In this document: positions 1-9,800 of the stretch, piece after piece | How the letters are laid out: each line of letters begins with the position of its first letter | How positions within the stretch are numbered: position 1 is the first letter of the stretch | From: an uncultured Verrucomicrobiae bacterium | Lineage (GTDB): Bacteria > Verrucomicrobiota > Verrucomicrobiia > Limisphaerales > JAFGQR01 | Length of the DNA stretch: 45,642 nt | NCBI GenBank assembly: GCA_963788655.1 | Contig: CAWBHS010000048.1 | Span: 1 to 45,642, forward strand | Direction: 5' to 3' | The notes under the pieces: generated by a model | What the model was told of the DNA's origin: nothing | Database searches by the model: none | What the model saw: only the letters and a program-made list of their open reading frames with translations | Translations under genes and position numbers: made by a program

Positions 1-100
1 TGCAGCGAACCGCCGCCCCGCTGGGCAGTCGGACGGTTCAGATAATTTGTCAGCGACTCTTGCAGCCGACCGGGCGTTTCCGGCGGCGGTCGCTGAGCTC
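1..100 (+). other. Integron attC site: left end cut by the window edge, right end interrupted by IS110 (remainder at 1806-1817)
   Basis: TGCAGCGAACCGCCGCC (1-17) pairs with GGCGGCGGTCGCTGAGC (82-98). Removing the IS restores GCTGAGC-TCGGC-GTTCGCC, i.e. L', 5-bp spacer and an R' GTT core. Confidence 0.8.
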
Positions 101-129
101 ATCTCTGAGGTGAGCGATCAACCAATTTT

Positions 130-1450
130 TCATTTTTTCTTCGCGGCTTTCGCGCCCTTTTGCTGGCGGCGGGTGTAGGGGTTTTTGCCTAACTCAATCT
201 GATCGAACAACGCCACGATCGGGCTGCCGTGGCGACGCAGCGCTGCCTCATAACGCGCCTCGTCATAGACCTCGTGGCGCTGCCAGCAGCACCAGAGGAT
301 TCGCTGCCATTTGTAGGCCAGCGCCCGGACCGCGACGTGATGGCTGGCCCCCGCCTCGCGCGGTTGCAAGTAGTAGGCCGCGGCCCAGCGGCTGAACAGG
401 ATCGAGCTGCCGGCATACTCGTGAAAGCTCTGCCGGCAAAACTTCGGACAGAGATAGCGCCGATGGACGTGGCGCTTGTTGCCACTCTCTTTGGTGACCG
501 GGGCGATGCCACTGTAGCACTGGAGACTGACGACCGTGGGAAAACGCTCGCGCTGGCTGCCCATCGTGGCCAACAACCGGGGCGCCAACACCGAGCCGGC
601 TCCGGGCAGGTTCTTGAAGATGACGTAATCGGGGTGCGCCACAAAGCGCTTCTTGATCTGCTGATCGTAGGTGTCAATGGCCGCGACGACCAGTTGGAGT
701 TGGCGACAAATCAATTGCACGCGCAAGGCGTAGGTTTCCACCAGGGCCGATTCCTCGGTGAGAGCAATCGCCTGCCTAATACATTGGAGCCGCTGGTTCA
801 GCCGGGAAGCGCTGTGGGAATTGTGCTGGCGATAGAATTGTTTGAGGGTGGCTGGCTTGACCTTTTTGATCGCCGCCAGCGTGGGCCATTTCAACAACAA
901 ATCGGTGGCCAGCGGCCGCCACAGTTCCTCGCCGCACAGCGTCAACGCCTGCGGAAAATAAGCCTTTAAGAGGGCTTGCAAGCGGTTGGTCAACTCGGTG
1001 CGTTCGTCCACCACCGCGCGGCGGTGGGTGACGGTTTGTTGGAGGTGGCGGGTGGCGCTGTCCTCGGGCCGCCACACGGTCAGTTTGTCGTGGTGGGTCA
1101 GCAGCAGTTCGGCTAAATAATAGGCGTCCTGGGTGTCGTCCTTGGCGCGGCTGGTGACGAAGGCTTCGCGGAATTTTTTGAGCGTCATCGGGTTGATGGC
1201 GTAGAGGGTGATCCAGGCATAGCCTTCCAGGAAGGCGAGGAGGTTGGCGGCGGGTTGTTCCAGGCAGATCGCCACCCGGGCCTGGGGATGTTGCTGGCGC
1301 AGTTGGGCCAGCCAGTCGTGGAGGGCTTCGGGAGTGGTGCCGATGGTTTGGTTGGCACGCTGGTGGGTGCGAGTCAATCGTGTGGAGATCGGCGTTGGCA
1401 TCGGAGCGGTCCAGGCCGATGACCAGGTCATAGGGATAATCTTGTTTCAT
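130..1450 (-). CDS. IS110 family transposase/recombinase (one frameshift near 1373)
   Basis: N-terminus MKQDYPYDLVIGLDRSD (frame of ORF 776..1450) continues in ORF 130..1431 with ICLEQP, AKDDTQDA, LPGAGSVLA, YSGIAPVTKESG and ALAYKWQRILW. These match the RuvC-like DEDD and Tnp_20 motifs. Confidence 0.92.
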
Positions 1451-1489
1451 CGTCGAGTCATTCGTGGTTTATGGTTAATGTGGTTTTCC

Positions 1490-1795
1490 CGCAGGCTTGA
1501 CCCGGCGACGGCAATATAGAAGAGTTCTGACTGCAAGCGCGAACGCCCTCTGAGTAGTCGTTAGAGGGTGCAAGCCCGCCCGGCGGGCCGGTCGATAAAG
1601 CTCAAAGTCGTCCAGGCGACTGGTCGTTCGCAGACCTGGCCCGCCGAGGCGGGAAAACCGGGATAGCATACGGCAGAACATCAACGGATGCGAATAAGAA
1701 AGTATCATCATAATCATGTCGGGCGGCGCAGTGATTCACCGGCGGCTGCGGCGGAGCAACGCGGAGCGCGCCTGGCCACCGGTGAATAACTGCGG
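1490..1795 (-). ncRNA. Putative IS110 bridge RNA in the left non-coding end (approximate limits)
   Basis: Long 5' stem-loop (1727-1794). Internal-loop hairpin 1586-1641 whose loop strands match the target flanks. Donor-like matches at 1548-1554 and 1514-1519. Confidence 0.7.
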
Positions 1796-1825
1796 ATAAC
1801 CTATATCGGCGTTCGCCAGAAATGT

Positions 1826-2205
1826 ATGCCAAATGGTAAGGGATCCATCGATTGCCGATATTGCGTTTACGCATGGCCGGCGGACGACAAGTGGCCGATA
1901 CTTTTCGGGTCACGGCTGAAGTGTCTCTACCATCAGCAGCGCCTACCGCAGCCCACTGAGCCAGGAGCACATCGATTCTGCATCAACATCCAAGCCAATG
2001 AAACTTGGTATCAGAAGAAGGAGGGATGCACATCTATTGGCCGTTCTTGCGGCAGGCCGCGCGATTTGGGGCCGAACTCGAGGCCGGAATGCTTTACGAA
2101 TATACGACGCAAGACTCCGAGGGCTTGAATACACTCTCTCAGCTCCGTGAGCCCGATTACGAGAATCGCACCTGGAAACCAGTAAAGGGCAAACCAGACG
2201 CTTGA
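1826..2205 (+). CDS. Gene cassette protein, hypothetical, Cys-containing (frameshift near 2010)
   Basis: ATG shortly after R' GTTCGCC. ORFs 1826..2128 and 2005..2205 overlap, and the stop lies inside the next attC. Confidence 0.6.
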
Positions 2206-2255
2206 GGTAATCTGGCTCCGCGGACTTCGCCAGATACCTCAGCTTTACGTTCGGC
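2188..2255 (+). other. Integron attC site
   Basis: GGCAAAC-CAGAC-GCTTGAG-GTAATCTGGC...GCCAGATAC-CTCAGC-TTTAC-GTTCGGC: R''/L''/L'/R' layout with 5-bp spacers and an extra base in L''. Confidence 0.8.
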
Positions 2256-2329
2256 AACTATTGAGATATTCGATGTCACCGAAAGTATTCTCAATTATGA
2301 CAGTTTGGATCGCATGGTAAAATCCCGCC

Positions 2330-2653
2330 ATGAAAGTTATCTATCACGTCGGCACGGAGCTTACTCTTAAGACGAGAGTGAGTTCAGGATCACTCATCTT
2401 CCAAGATGAGGCGGCCAGCATCTCTGGCAGTTCGCCGTTGACTATTCCATTTTCGGAGATTATCAACGTCGAGATGTTCCGGCTTCACGGATTAGGACAC
2501 ATGATTAAGCTGGTCTGCAAGGAGCGCACGATTTTCCTCACTGTTGTTCGCATCAATCTTTTCGGGTATTTTCTCATCATTAGCTTTTTCAGGGCCGGAG
2601 AGCTTTATGAGACATTCAAACAACGAGTTCGGAAGATTGTGGCCGAACAGTGA
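2330..2653 (+). CDS. Gene cassette protein, hypothetical (107 aa)
   Basis: Lower-GC ORF after the attC. It ends over GCCGAAC (2642-2648), the exact complement of the preceding R' GTTCGGC. The rest of that attC is not recognisable. Confidence 0.75.
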   Translation: MKVIYHVGTELTLKTRVSSGSLIFQDEAASISGSSPLTIPFSEIINVEMFRLHGLGHMIKLVCKERTIFLTVVRINLFGYFLIISFFRAGELYETFKQRVRKIVAEQ

Positions 2654-3058
2654 AAATGCTTCGGGGGTATCTGGCTTCTAAAAAACAAGCTGGCCCAATT
2701 GTCCTCGGCACAAAAGGGCCAGCGTGATCGTCATCCGCGCTGCGGTTCACCGTTTACCGGAGTACCAAAGACACCTCCCCTCGGTATGTTTTTACCAAGC
2801 TGAAAAATCCAATGCGTTCGTGGAATAATGGCGTCGCCACGGTGGCTAAGAAAGGGAACCTCGGTATGACCGGAAGAACCCGCCGCGGCAGCCCAAGCGG
2901 GTTCTTCCGGCGGCAACAAACACGAACCTGAACCGACAGTTTGAGCGTAAGTCTTCACAATGTACTGTCCGAGCAACGTCTGTTAACCGGGTGCTTAAAC
3001 GCAGGAGGTGTGCCATCTCAAAAATGCAAAACGCCGAATTGCCGGTGATTGCCGCTTA

Positions 3059-3252
3059 ACCGTGACTATTCAGTAGGACAGGCGTCCCGCCTGTCCCGAA
3101 CAAGTGCAAACCAACAATTTGTATCACGGCGCCGCGAGTCTTTCTATGTCACCAAACGGTGAGGATGCCTTGGGCTATTCGAGACAGGCGAGACGCCTTT
3201 CCTACCACGCCGAACTGCCTCATCGCAGCACCAGCCACTGAATTGATACGGC
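3059..3252. mobile_element. 194-bp MITE-like element, copy 1 (REP doublet cargo)
   Basis: Near-identical to 4467-4660 and 34548-34741. Ends ACCGTGACTATTCA/TGAATTGATACGGC, with TTA on both flanks. Confidence 0.85.
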
Positions 3253-3255
3253 TTA

Positions 3256-3444
3256 ACCGTATCGATGCAGAAAAGAACCACGAAAGCGAATCGACACGAA
3301 CAGCCGGAACAACAGCGCTGTTGGTGGATTACGGCGAGAGTTACCATTGGGTGACCTTTCGTTTTCATTCGCCATACGATCAAAGCTTCGGTCTGCATTC
3401 GTGTTGATTCGCGTCCATTCGTGGTTGAATTGAATAGACACGGC
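3256..3444. mobile_element. 189-bp MITE-like element with related ends (inverted) and different cargo
   Basis: Ends ACCGTATCGATGCA/TGAATAGACACGGC, flanked by TTA/TTA. Internal IR AACCACGAA...TTCGTGGTT. Confidence 0.65.
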
Positions 3445-3521
3445 TTAGGAGCAGTGATCGCTTTGCCATTTTGCCTTGGCGCTCCGCATGGGTGTTCGTT
3501 TATTGTCCCGCCAGCAAAACC

Positions 3522-4466
3522 ATGAAAAGCATTACTCTGGGCAAAAGCTCCTTGAAAACCAGCCGGCTGGCCTACGGTTGCTGGCGAATTGCCGGCACGT
3601 GGGATCCCGCGGGAGTCACCAAAGAATCAATGGCCGCAGGCCGTCGCGCCGTGATCGCCGCGTATGAGGCGGGTTACACGCTGTTCGACCACGCGGATAT
3701 TTATTGCGGGGGCATCGCAGAAACGGTTTTTGGCCAAGTGCTCAAGGAAGTCTCGGGAATGCGAAAACGGGTGGTCATCGCGTCGAAGTGCGGTATCCGC
3801 TTTGCGGGGGAACCCGAGAAACAATCCCCGTTTCGCTACGATTTCTCCGCCGACCACATCCTCCGGTCTTGCGACCAAAGCCTCAAACGGCTTGGCATCG
3901 AGCGGATCGACCTGTACCAGTTGCACCGCCCCGACTACTTGATGGAACCGGAGGAAGTGGCCAAGGCTTTCGCGAAATTGAAAAAGGCGGGCAAAGTCCG
4001 CGAATTCGGCGTGAGTAACTTTCGTCCGTCGCAAGTGACCTTGTTGCAGGCCGCTTGTTCCATGCGCCTGCAAGTGAACCAGGTGGAACTCAGCCTCGCC
4101 CGGCTGGTGTGCTTCGAGGACGGCACGTTGGACCAATGTCTCGAGCAGGAAATCACCCCGCTGGCCTGGAGTCCTTTGGCGGCGGGTAAATTGGGCCAGG
4201 GTGCCAAACGGCTGCTGCCATCGCAAAAGGCCTATCAGGTCAATCGCATCATCCGCGAGTTGGACGCCCAAGCCAAAGCGTACGGAACCACGCGCTCGAC
4301 GTTGGCGCTGGCTTGGTTGCTCAAACATCCCAGCGGCATCGTTCCGATCGTGGGTTCGACCAAGCCGGAGAACATTCGGCAGGCTGCCGAGGCGGTAAAC
4401 CTCGAGATGTCCCGCGAAGACTGGTATCGCTTACTGGAAGCCGCCCGCGGAGAACGCTTGCCCTGA
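3522..4466 (+). CDS. Aldo/keto reductase (YdhF-like)
   Basis: SRLAYGCW, FDHADIY, SKCGI, IDLYQLHRPD, GVSNF, PIVGSTKPENI motifs. Confidence 0.93.
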   Translation: MKSITLGKSSLKTSRLAYGCWRIAGTWDPAGVTKESMAAGRRAVIAAYEAGYTLFDHADIYCGGIAETVFGQVLKEVSGMRKRVVIASKCGIRFAGEPEKQSPFRYDFSADHILRSCDQSLKRLGIERIDLYQLHRPDYLMEPEEVAKAFAKLKKAGKVREFGVSNFRPSQVTLLQAACSMRLQVNQVELSLARLVCFEDGTLDQCLEQEITPLAWSPLAAGKLGQGAKRLLPSQKAYQVNRIIRELDAQAKAYGTTRSTLALAWLLKHPSGIVPIVGSTKPENIRQAAEAVNLEMSREDWYRLLEAARGERLP

Positions 4467-4660
4467 GGCGCAACGATTCAGTAGGACAGGCGTCCCGCCG
4501 GTCCCGGACGAGTGCAAACCAACAACTTGTATCACGGCGCCGTGAGTCTTTCTATGTCACCAAACGGCGAGGTTGTCTTGGGCTTTTCGAGACAGGCGAG
4601 ACGCCTGTCCTACCACGCCGAACTGCCTCATCGCAGCACCAGCCATTGAATTGATACGGC
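4467..4660. mobile_element. 194-bp MITE-like element, copy 2
   Basis: Same sequence family. Flanked by TGA/TGA; the left TGA is the reductase stop codon. Confidence 0.85.
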
Positions 4661-4913
4661 TGAGGCGCGTTCTGCTCGCGCTCAATCCTGCGGCTGTTCC
4701 GGTTCTTGCTCGTTGGTGGCGATCATTTTGGGTCGCGACGACGGCCGCACTGGTTGACCCGTGGTTTTCGACTGCACCAACAAGGCTTGAACGCACCCGC
4801 CCGACAACTGCGATCAACTTGCGCATTGGCAAGCGGCGACGGGCAGGTTACAACGCTGCCGCGTTTTAGCGCGCAATATGCACCGGCTCGAATTGTAAAT
4901 CGGTTACGACTGA

Positions 4914-5504
4914 ATGAATCTGCCCAACAAGCTGACCGTCTCCCGCTTTGTCCTGACCATCGCCTTCCTGGTCGCCATTTTCAGCCAATTTCCCTTTCAC
5001 CAAACGGTCGCGTTATTCCTGTTCGTCGTCGCCAGCATTACCGACATGTTGGATGGCATCATTGCGCGCCGGCACAAACTCATCACCAGCTTCGGCATCC
5101 TCATGGATCCGCTGGCGGACAAAATCCTGACCTGCTCGGCGTTCATTGCCTTCGTCGGCCACGGTTACATGCCGGCTTGGATGGTGACCATTATTGTCGC
5201 CCGTGAGCTGGCGATTACGGGTTTGCGGTTGCTGGCGGCCAACAAACAGGTCGTGCTGGCGGCCGAAGGTTACGGCAAACACAAAACCATCACTCAGATC
5301 GTGGCGATCATTTCCGTCCTGTTGCTGACCAGCTACCCGCAGTGGGGTGAAGTGGGCCGGTTGATATTCGGTTTCACCGTGTTCGGGAAACCGTGGCTCA
5401 AATGGTTTACCGAAGTGGTCCTTTGGCTGGCGGTGGTGCTCACTTTCATTTCTGGCTGGTTGTACCTCTGGAAGAACCGCCACATCTACCTCGATGATAT
5501 TTGA
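4914..5504 (+). CDS. pgsA: CDP-diacylglycerol--glycerol-3-phosphate 3-phosphatidyltransferase
   Basis: MNLPNKLTVSR start and the CDP-alcohol phosphotransferase motif DMLDGIIARR...FGILMDPLADK. Confidence 0.95.
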   Translation: MNLPNKLTVSRFVLTIAFLVAIFSQFPFHQTVALFLFVVASITDMLDGIIARRHKLITSFGILMDPLADKILTCSAFIAFVGHGYMPAWMVTIIVARELAITGLRLLAANKQVVLAAEGYGKHKTITQIVAIISVLLLTSYPQWGEVGRLIFGFTVFGKPWLKWFTEVVLWLAVVLTFISGWLYLWKNRHIYLDDI

Positions 5505-5507
5505 GCC

Positions 5508-6007
5508 ATGCGTTCGCTGATGCTCTACGTTGCGCAGGGCTTTGGCACCGGGCGAATCCCGTTTGCGCCGGGCACGTTCGGATCGCTGGTGGGGTTGGTC
5601 TGGCTGGGACTGCTCGTGGCGATGGGCAATTTCTGGATTTTCCTCGCGGGTATCGCGGCCGGCTTGGCCGTCTCGGTTTGGCTTTGTGGAGCGGCGGAGA
5701 AAACTCTCGGCCAATCCGATCCCGGTTCCGTCGTGCTCGATGAAATCGTGGCGCTGCCGATTTGCTTTCTGCCGTGGGTCGCGTCGTCTGGTTCAATCAG
5801 CACGCGCTGCCGGCGCCGGACAGTTTCTTTAGCCGCGCCAACATTGTTTTTACGGTGATTCTGTTTGTGCTGTTCCGCGTGTTCGACATTGCCAAGCCGT
5901 GGCCAGTGCGCCAGAGCCAACGATTGCCGGGCGGTTGGGGGGTGACGGTGGACGACGTGCTGGCCGCCATCTACGTGGCGCTGATTTCGCTCCTCTTTGT
6001 CCTTTGA
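5508..6007 (+). CDS. pgpA: Phosphatidylglycerophosphatase A (frameshift near 5785)
   Basis: [17 protein letters not shown] and [10 protein letters not shown] in one frame; [11 protein letters not shown] and [13 protein letters not shown] in the next. Confidence 0.9.
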
Positions 6008-6199
6008 ACAGCCCTTGAACCAAAATGGGATACTCCAAACCACGGATTTCGCGGATGACACGGATTAAAAACTGATTATCCCGAGGATTTGTAAACCAGC
6101 CTATCGGCTCAATGATACTTTGATTTCACCAATTCCGGTTTTAGGTCGAGGTGCAATTTTTCCTGTCATTCGGCGCCGGTTCTTGTCACAAAGTAACCA

Positions 6200-6898
6200 A
6201 TGGCAACGAAAGACCATTTGCTGAAACTCGTCAACGTCGCCAAGCGCTTCGACTCCGCACCCAGCGCCGGGCAACTGCAAGTGTTGCAGGACATCACCTT
6301 GGAAATCGCGTCGGGCGAGTCCATCGCCATCGTCGGCCCCTCCGGCTCCGGTAAGACCACCCTGCTCAACATTATTGGCACCTTGGACCGGCCCTCATCC
6401 GGTCAGGTCACCTTCGATGGGCAGGATCTCACTCAACTGAACGAGGAACAACTGGCCGCCCTCCGCAATCGCCAGATGGGTTTCATTTTCCAACTCCACC
6501 ACCTGTTGCCCCAATGCACGGTGCTGGAAAACGTCCTCGTGCCCACGCTGGCCGGCCCGGACCGCGCCCTGCGCGAGGGAGCCGAGGACCGGGCGAGGAA
6601 ACTGTTGCAGCGCGTGGGATTGGCCGAACGGGTCAGCCATCGGCCGGCCCAATTGTCCGGTGGCGAACGTCAACGGGTGGCGGTAGTGCGGGCGTTGATC
6701 AACCAGCCCAAGCTCCTGCTCGCCGACGAACCCACCGGCGCGCTGGATCGGGATTCCGCCCACGCGCTGGGCCAACTCCTGACGGAACTCAACCGCGAGC
6801 AAGGCATAACGCTGATGGTCGTCACGCACGCGCTCGACCTGGCCCGACAAATGGGACGGGTGTTCGAACTCAACCAGGGCAAACTGGAATCACGATGA
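6200..6898 (+). CDS. ABC transporter ATP-binding protein (LolD/MacB type)
   Basis: Walker A GPSGSGKT, signature LSGGERQRV, LLADEPTGALD. Confidence 0.95.
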   Translation: MATKDHLLKLVNVAKRFDSAPSAGQLQVLQDITLEIASGESIAIVGPSGSGKTTLLNIIGTLDRPSSGQVTFDGQDLTQLNEEQLAALRNRQMGFIFQLHHLLPQCTVLENVLVPTLAGPDRALREGAEDRARKLLQRVGLAERVSHRPAQLSGGERQRVAVVRALINQPKLLLADEPTGALDRDSAHALGQLLTELNREQGITLMVVTHALDLARQMGRVFELNQGKLESR

Positions 6899-9800
6899 AT
6901 TTCCGCACGCTCATTCTGCGCAGCCTGCGTTTCCATTGGCGCGCGCATCTCGGGGTGGTGCTCGGGGCCGTCGTGGGCAGCGCGGCCCTCATTGGCGCGT
7001 TGGTGGTGGGGGACTCCGTTCGGGAAAGCCTGCGCGAACTGGCCTTGCAACGACTCGGGCCTTACGACCTGGCGCTGGCGCCGCTCGACCGCTTCTTCAC
7101 TGAAGAACTTGCCGACGCGGTGCATCCTCCCAACGGTTGGGTTGCCAACGCGCTGCGTTTGTCCGGCACCGCCGCGCTCCCCGATGGTTCGGCGCGGGCG
7201 AATCAAATCAACGTCATCGGCGTGCGCAGCAATTTCTGGCCTACCAGCCCCACGATGCCACCGACCAACATCCCACCCGACGGGGTGTTGCTCAATCCGG
7301 TGCTGGCCGCGCAACTCAACGCGCGCGTCGGCGACACGGTAATCCTGCGCATCAACAAACCCAGCGCGCTTTCCCGCGACGTGCCCATCACGCCGCAGAG
7401 CGATGCGAGTCTGGCGCTTCGCCGCAAAGTAATGGGTGTCGCTTCGGCGAATCACTTGGGCAATTTCAGTCTCCAAGCCAACCAGGTTCCGCCCTTCAAT
7501 GCCTTCGTCAATCTCAAGGCGCTGGCCAAAGAAGCCGGATTGGCGGATCGGGCCAACTTGCTGCTCATCCGCGAAGGCGCCGCGGCGCAAACCGGCCACA
7601 CATCCGCGGCCAACGCATCGGACGCGACCGGCGTGAAGGAAGCGGACCAGTCGCTGGCCTCGGCGTTAACACTCGCCGATCTTGAAGTGCAACTGCTGTA
7701 TCTGACCAACCCCGGCGCGCTGGAATTGCAGTCCTCGCGTATTTTTATCGACCCACCGGTGGCGCGCGCGGCCGAATCCGCCTCCACGAACGCCACCGGT
7801 GTTTTGACGTATCTCGTCAATCTGTTTCGCGCCGGCACGAATACCACTCCCTATTCGATGGTGACCGCAGTGGGAGCACCGTGGACGCCCCCGGACATGA
7901 AGGTGAATGAAATTCTCGTCAACCAATGGCTGGCGGATGATCTACACGTCAAACCGGGCGACACGATTGCGCTCAGTTATTTCCTGCCGGAATCGGCGGC
8001 GCGGCTCGTCGAAGCCACCAACCAATTCATCGTCCGCAGCATTGTACCGATGGCCATGCCCTGGGCGGATCGCACGCTGATGCCGGAGTTTCCCGGCCTG
8101 GCCAAAGCGGAGAGCACGCATGATTGGGATGCCGGCTTTCCGCTGGTGTACAGAATCCGTGATAAAGACGAAGCCTATTGGAAACAGCGTCGCGGCACGC
8201 CCAAAACCTTCATCACGCTGGCCGCCGGCCAAAAGCTGTGGAGCAATCGGTTTGGCGATCTCACGGCCATTCGGTATTCCATACCCGCCAATGCCGCCGG
8301 CGGTCCGAATGCCTCCGTGAACGCGGCGAAGGTGGACGCTTTCCGGCAGACCGTCGCCGCCAATATCCTGGCGAACTTGAAACCCGAAGCCGTGGGACTG
8401 CGTTTTGTGGCCGTACGCGAGCAGGCCCTGAACGCCGCCAGTCAATCGCAGGATTTCGGCGGTCTGTTTATCGGTTTCAGTTTCTTTCTGATCATTGCCG
8501 CGCTCATTTTGATGGCGTTGCTTTTCCAATTCGGATTGGAACAGCGCATCACCGAAATCGGCACGCTGCTGGCGCTGGGCTTTCGTCCCCGGCAAGTGCG
8601 ACGCTTGTTCCTCGGCGAGGGCGTCGCGCTGGCGGCCGTGGGCGGTTTGCTGGGCATGGGTGTGGGATTGGCTTACGCCTGGCTCATGTTGCGTGGCCTC
8701 ACCACCATCTGGCGGGATGCCGTGCGCACGTCAGCCCTAAGTTTTCATGTCACTCCGGCGACACTGTTCATCGGAGCGATTTCCTCGGTCGTGGTCAGCG
8801 CGTTCACCATCTGGCTCGCGTTACGCAAACAGGCCAAACAACCGGCCCGCCAGTTATTGGCGGGAGAAATTGCCGAACCCAAATTCAAATCTAAACGCCG
8901 GCGCCTGGCGTTATGGGGAGCCATCGCCAGTTTGGCTATCGCGCTGGGGCTGTTGGGCTGGACGCTGTCCCAAGGCGAAACCGGTAATGCGGAGGTGTTC
9001 TTCGAGGCCGGTTCGCTGCTATTGCTTGCCGGAATATTGTTCCTGGTTGTCTGGTTGCGGCGCCTGGCGGGCGCGGGGGTTGCTGATGGTGGCAACGGTT
9101 CCCCAAGCACGTCGGCGGTTGCGCACGCCAGGGCATCGAGCTTCACGCTTTCGGTGCTGACCATGCGCGCGTTGGCGCGCCGGCGCAGCCGGAGCCTGGC
9201 GGTCGTCGGCTTACTGGCGTGCGGTAGTTTTCTGATTGCCGCTATTGGCGCGTTTCAATTGAATGCGCACCAGGATGCCTGGCAACGTTCGTCCGGCACC
9301 GGCGGGTTTGCGTTGATTGGAGAATCCGCGTTGCCGGTCATTCGCGATCTGAATACTGAACGCGGCCTGGAGTTTTACGGATTGGATAAACAGGATGTTT
9401 CCGGGGTCAGCTTCGTGCCCTTCCGGGTACGCAGCGGCGACAACGCCAGTTGCCTGAATTTGAACCGGGCACAGAATCCGCAATTGCTCGGCGTGAATCT
9501 ACAATTGCTGGCCGAACGGCACGCCTTCACGTTCGCCAAAGTCGCCCCCGGTTATTCGGCCGAGGCGGGCTGGACGATGTTGCAGCAAGGAAGCGCCAGT
9601 CTGGGTAGCACGGACACGGCGAGCCGCGATGAGAGCGGTGGACCGGTCACGAACGAGATACCCGCCATTGGTGACCTGAATTCGATTCTGTGGGCCATGC
9701 ACAAGCAGGTCGGCGATACGATCGATTTCGTGGATGAAAATGGGCAGCCGTTCAAAGTCCGGCTCGTAGGCGCGCTGGCGAATTCGATTTTGCAGGGCAG

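Larger units (their letters stand above)
101..1807 (-). mobile_element. IS110-family insertion sequence inserted in attC, opposite to cassette orientation
   Basis: DEDD transposase. TC dinucleotide at both ends (99-100 and 1806-1807). Excision restores a canonical attC end, and joining the ends gives TTGATC-N17-TATAGG. No terminal IRs seen. Confidence 0.85.

Noticed and set aside
4557..4869. ORFs 4557..4832 and 4573..4869 (also 3144..3407 and 34398..34651)
   Set aside because: They run through MITE sequence. A small exported protein starting MRKLIAVV is possible but unsupported.
6514..6894. N-terminal extension of the permease ORF
   Set aside because: It overlaps the ATPase; the ATGA-coupled start at 6895 fits better.
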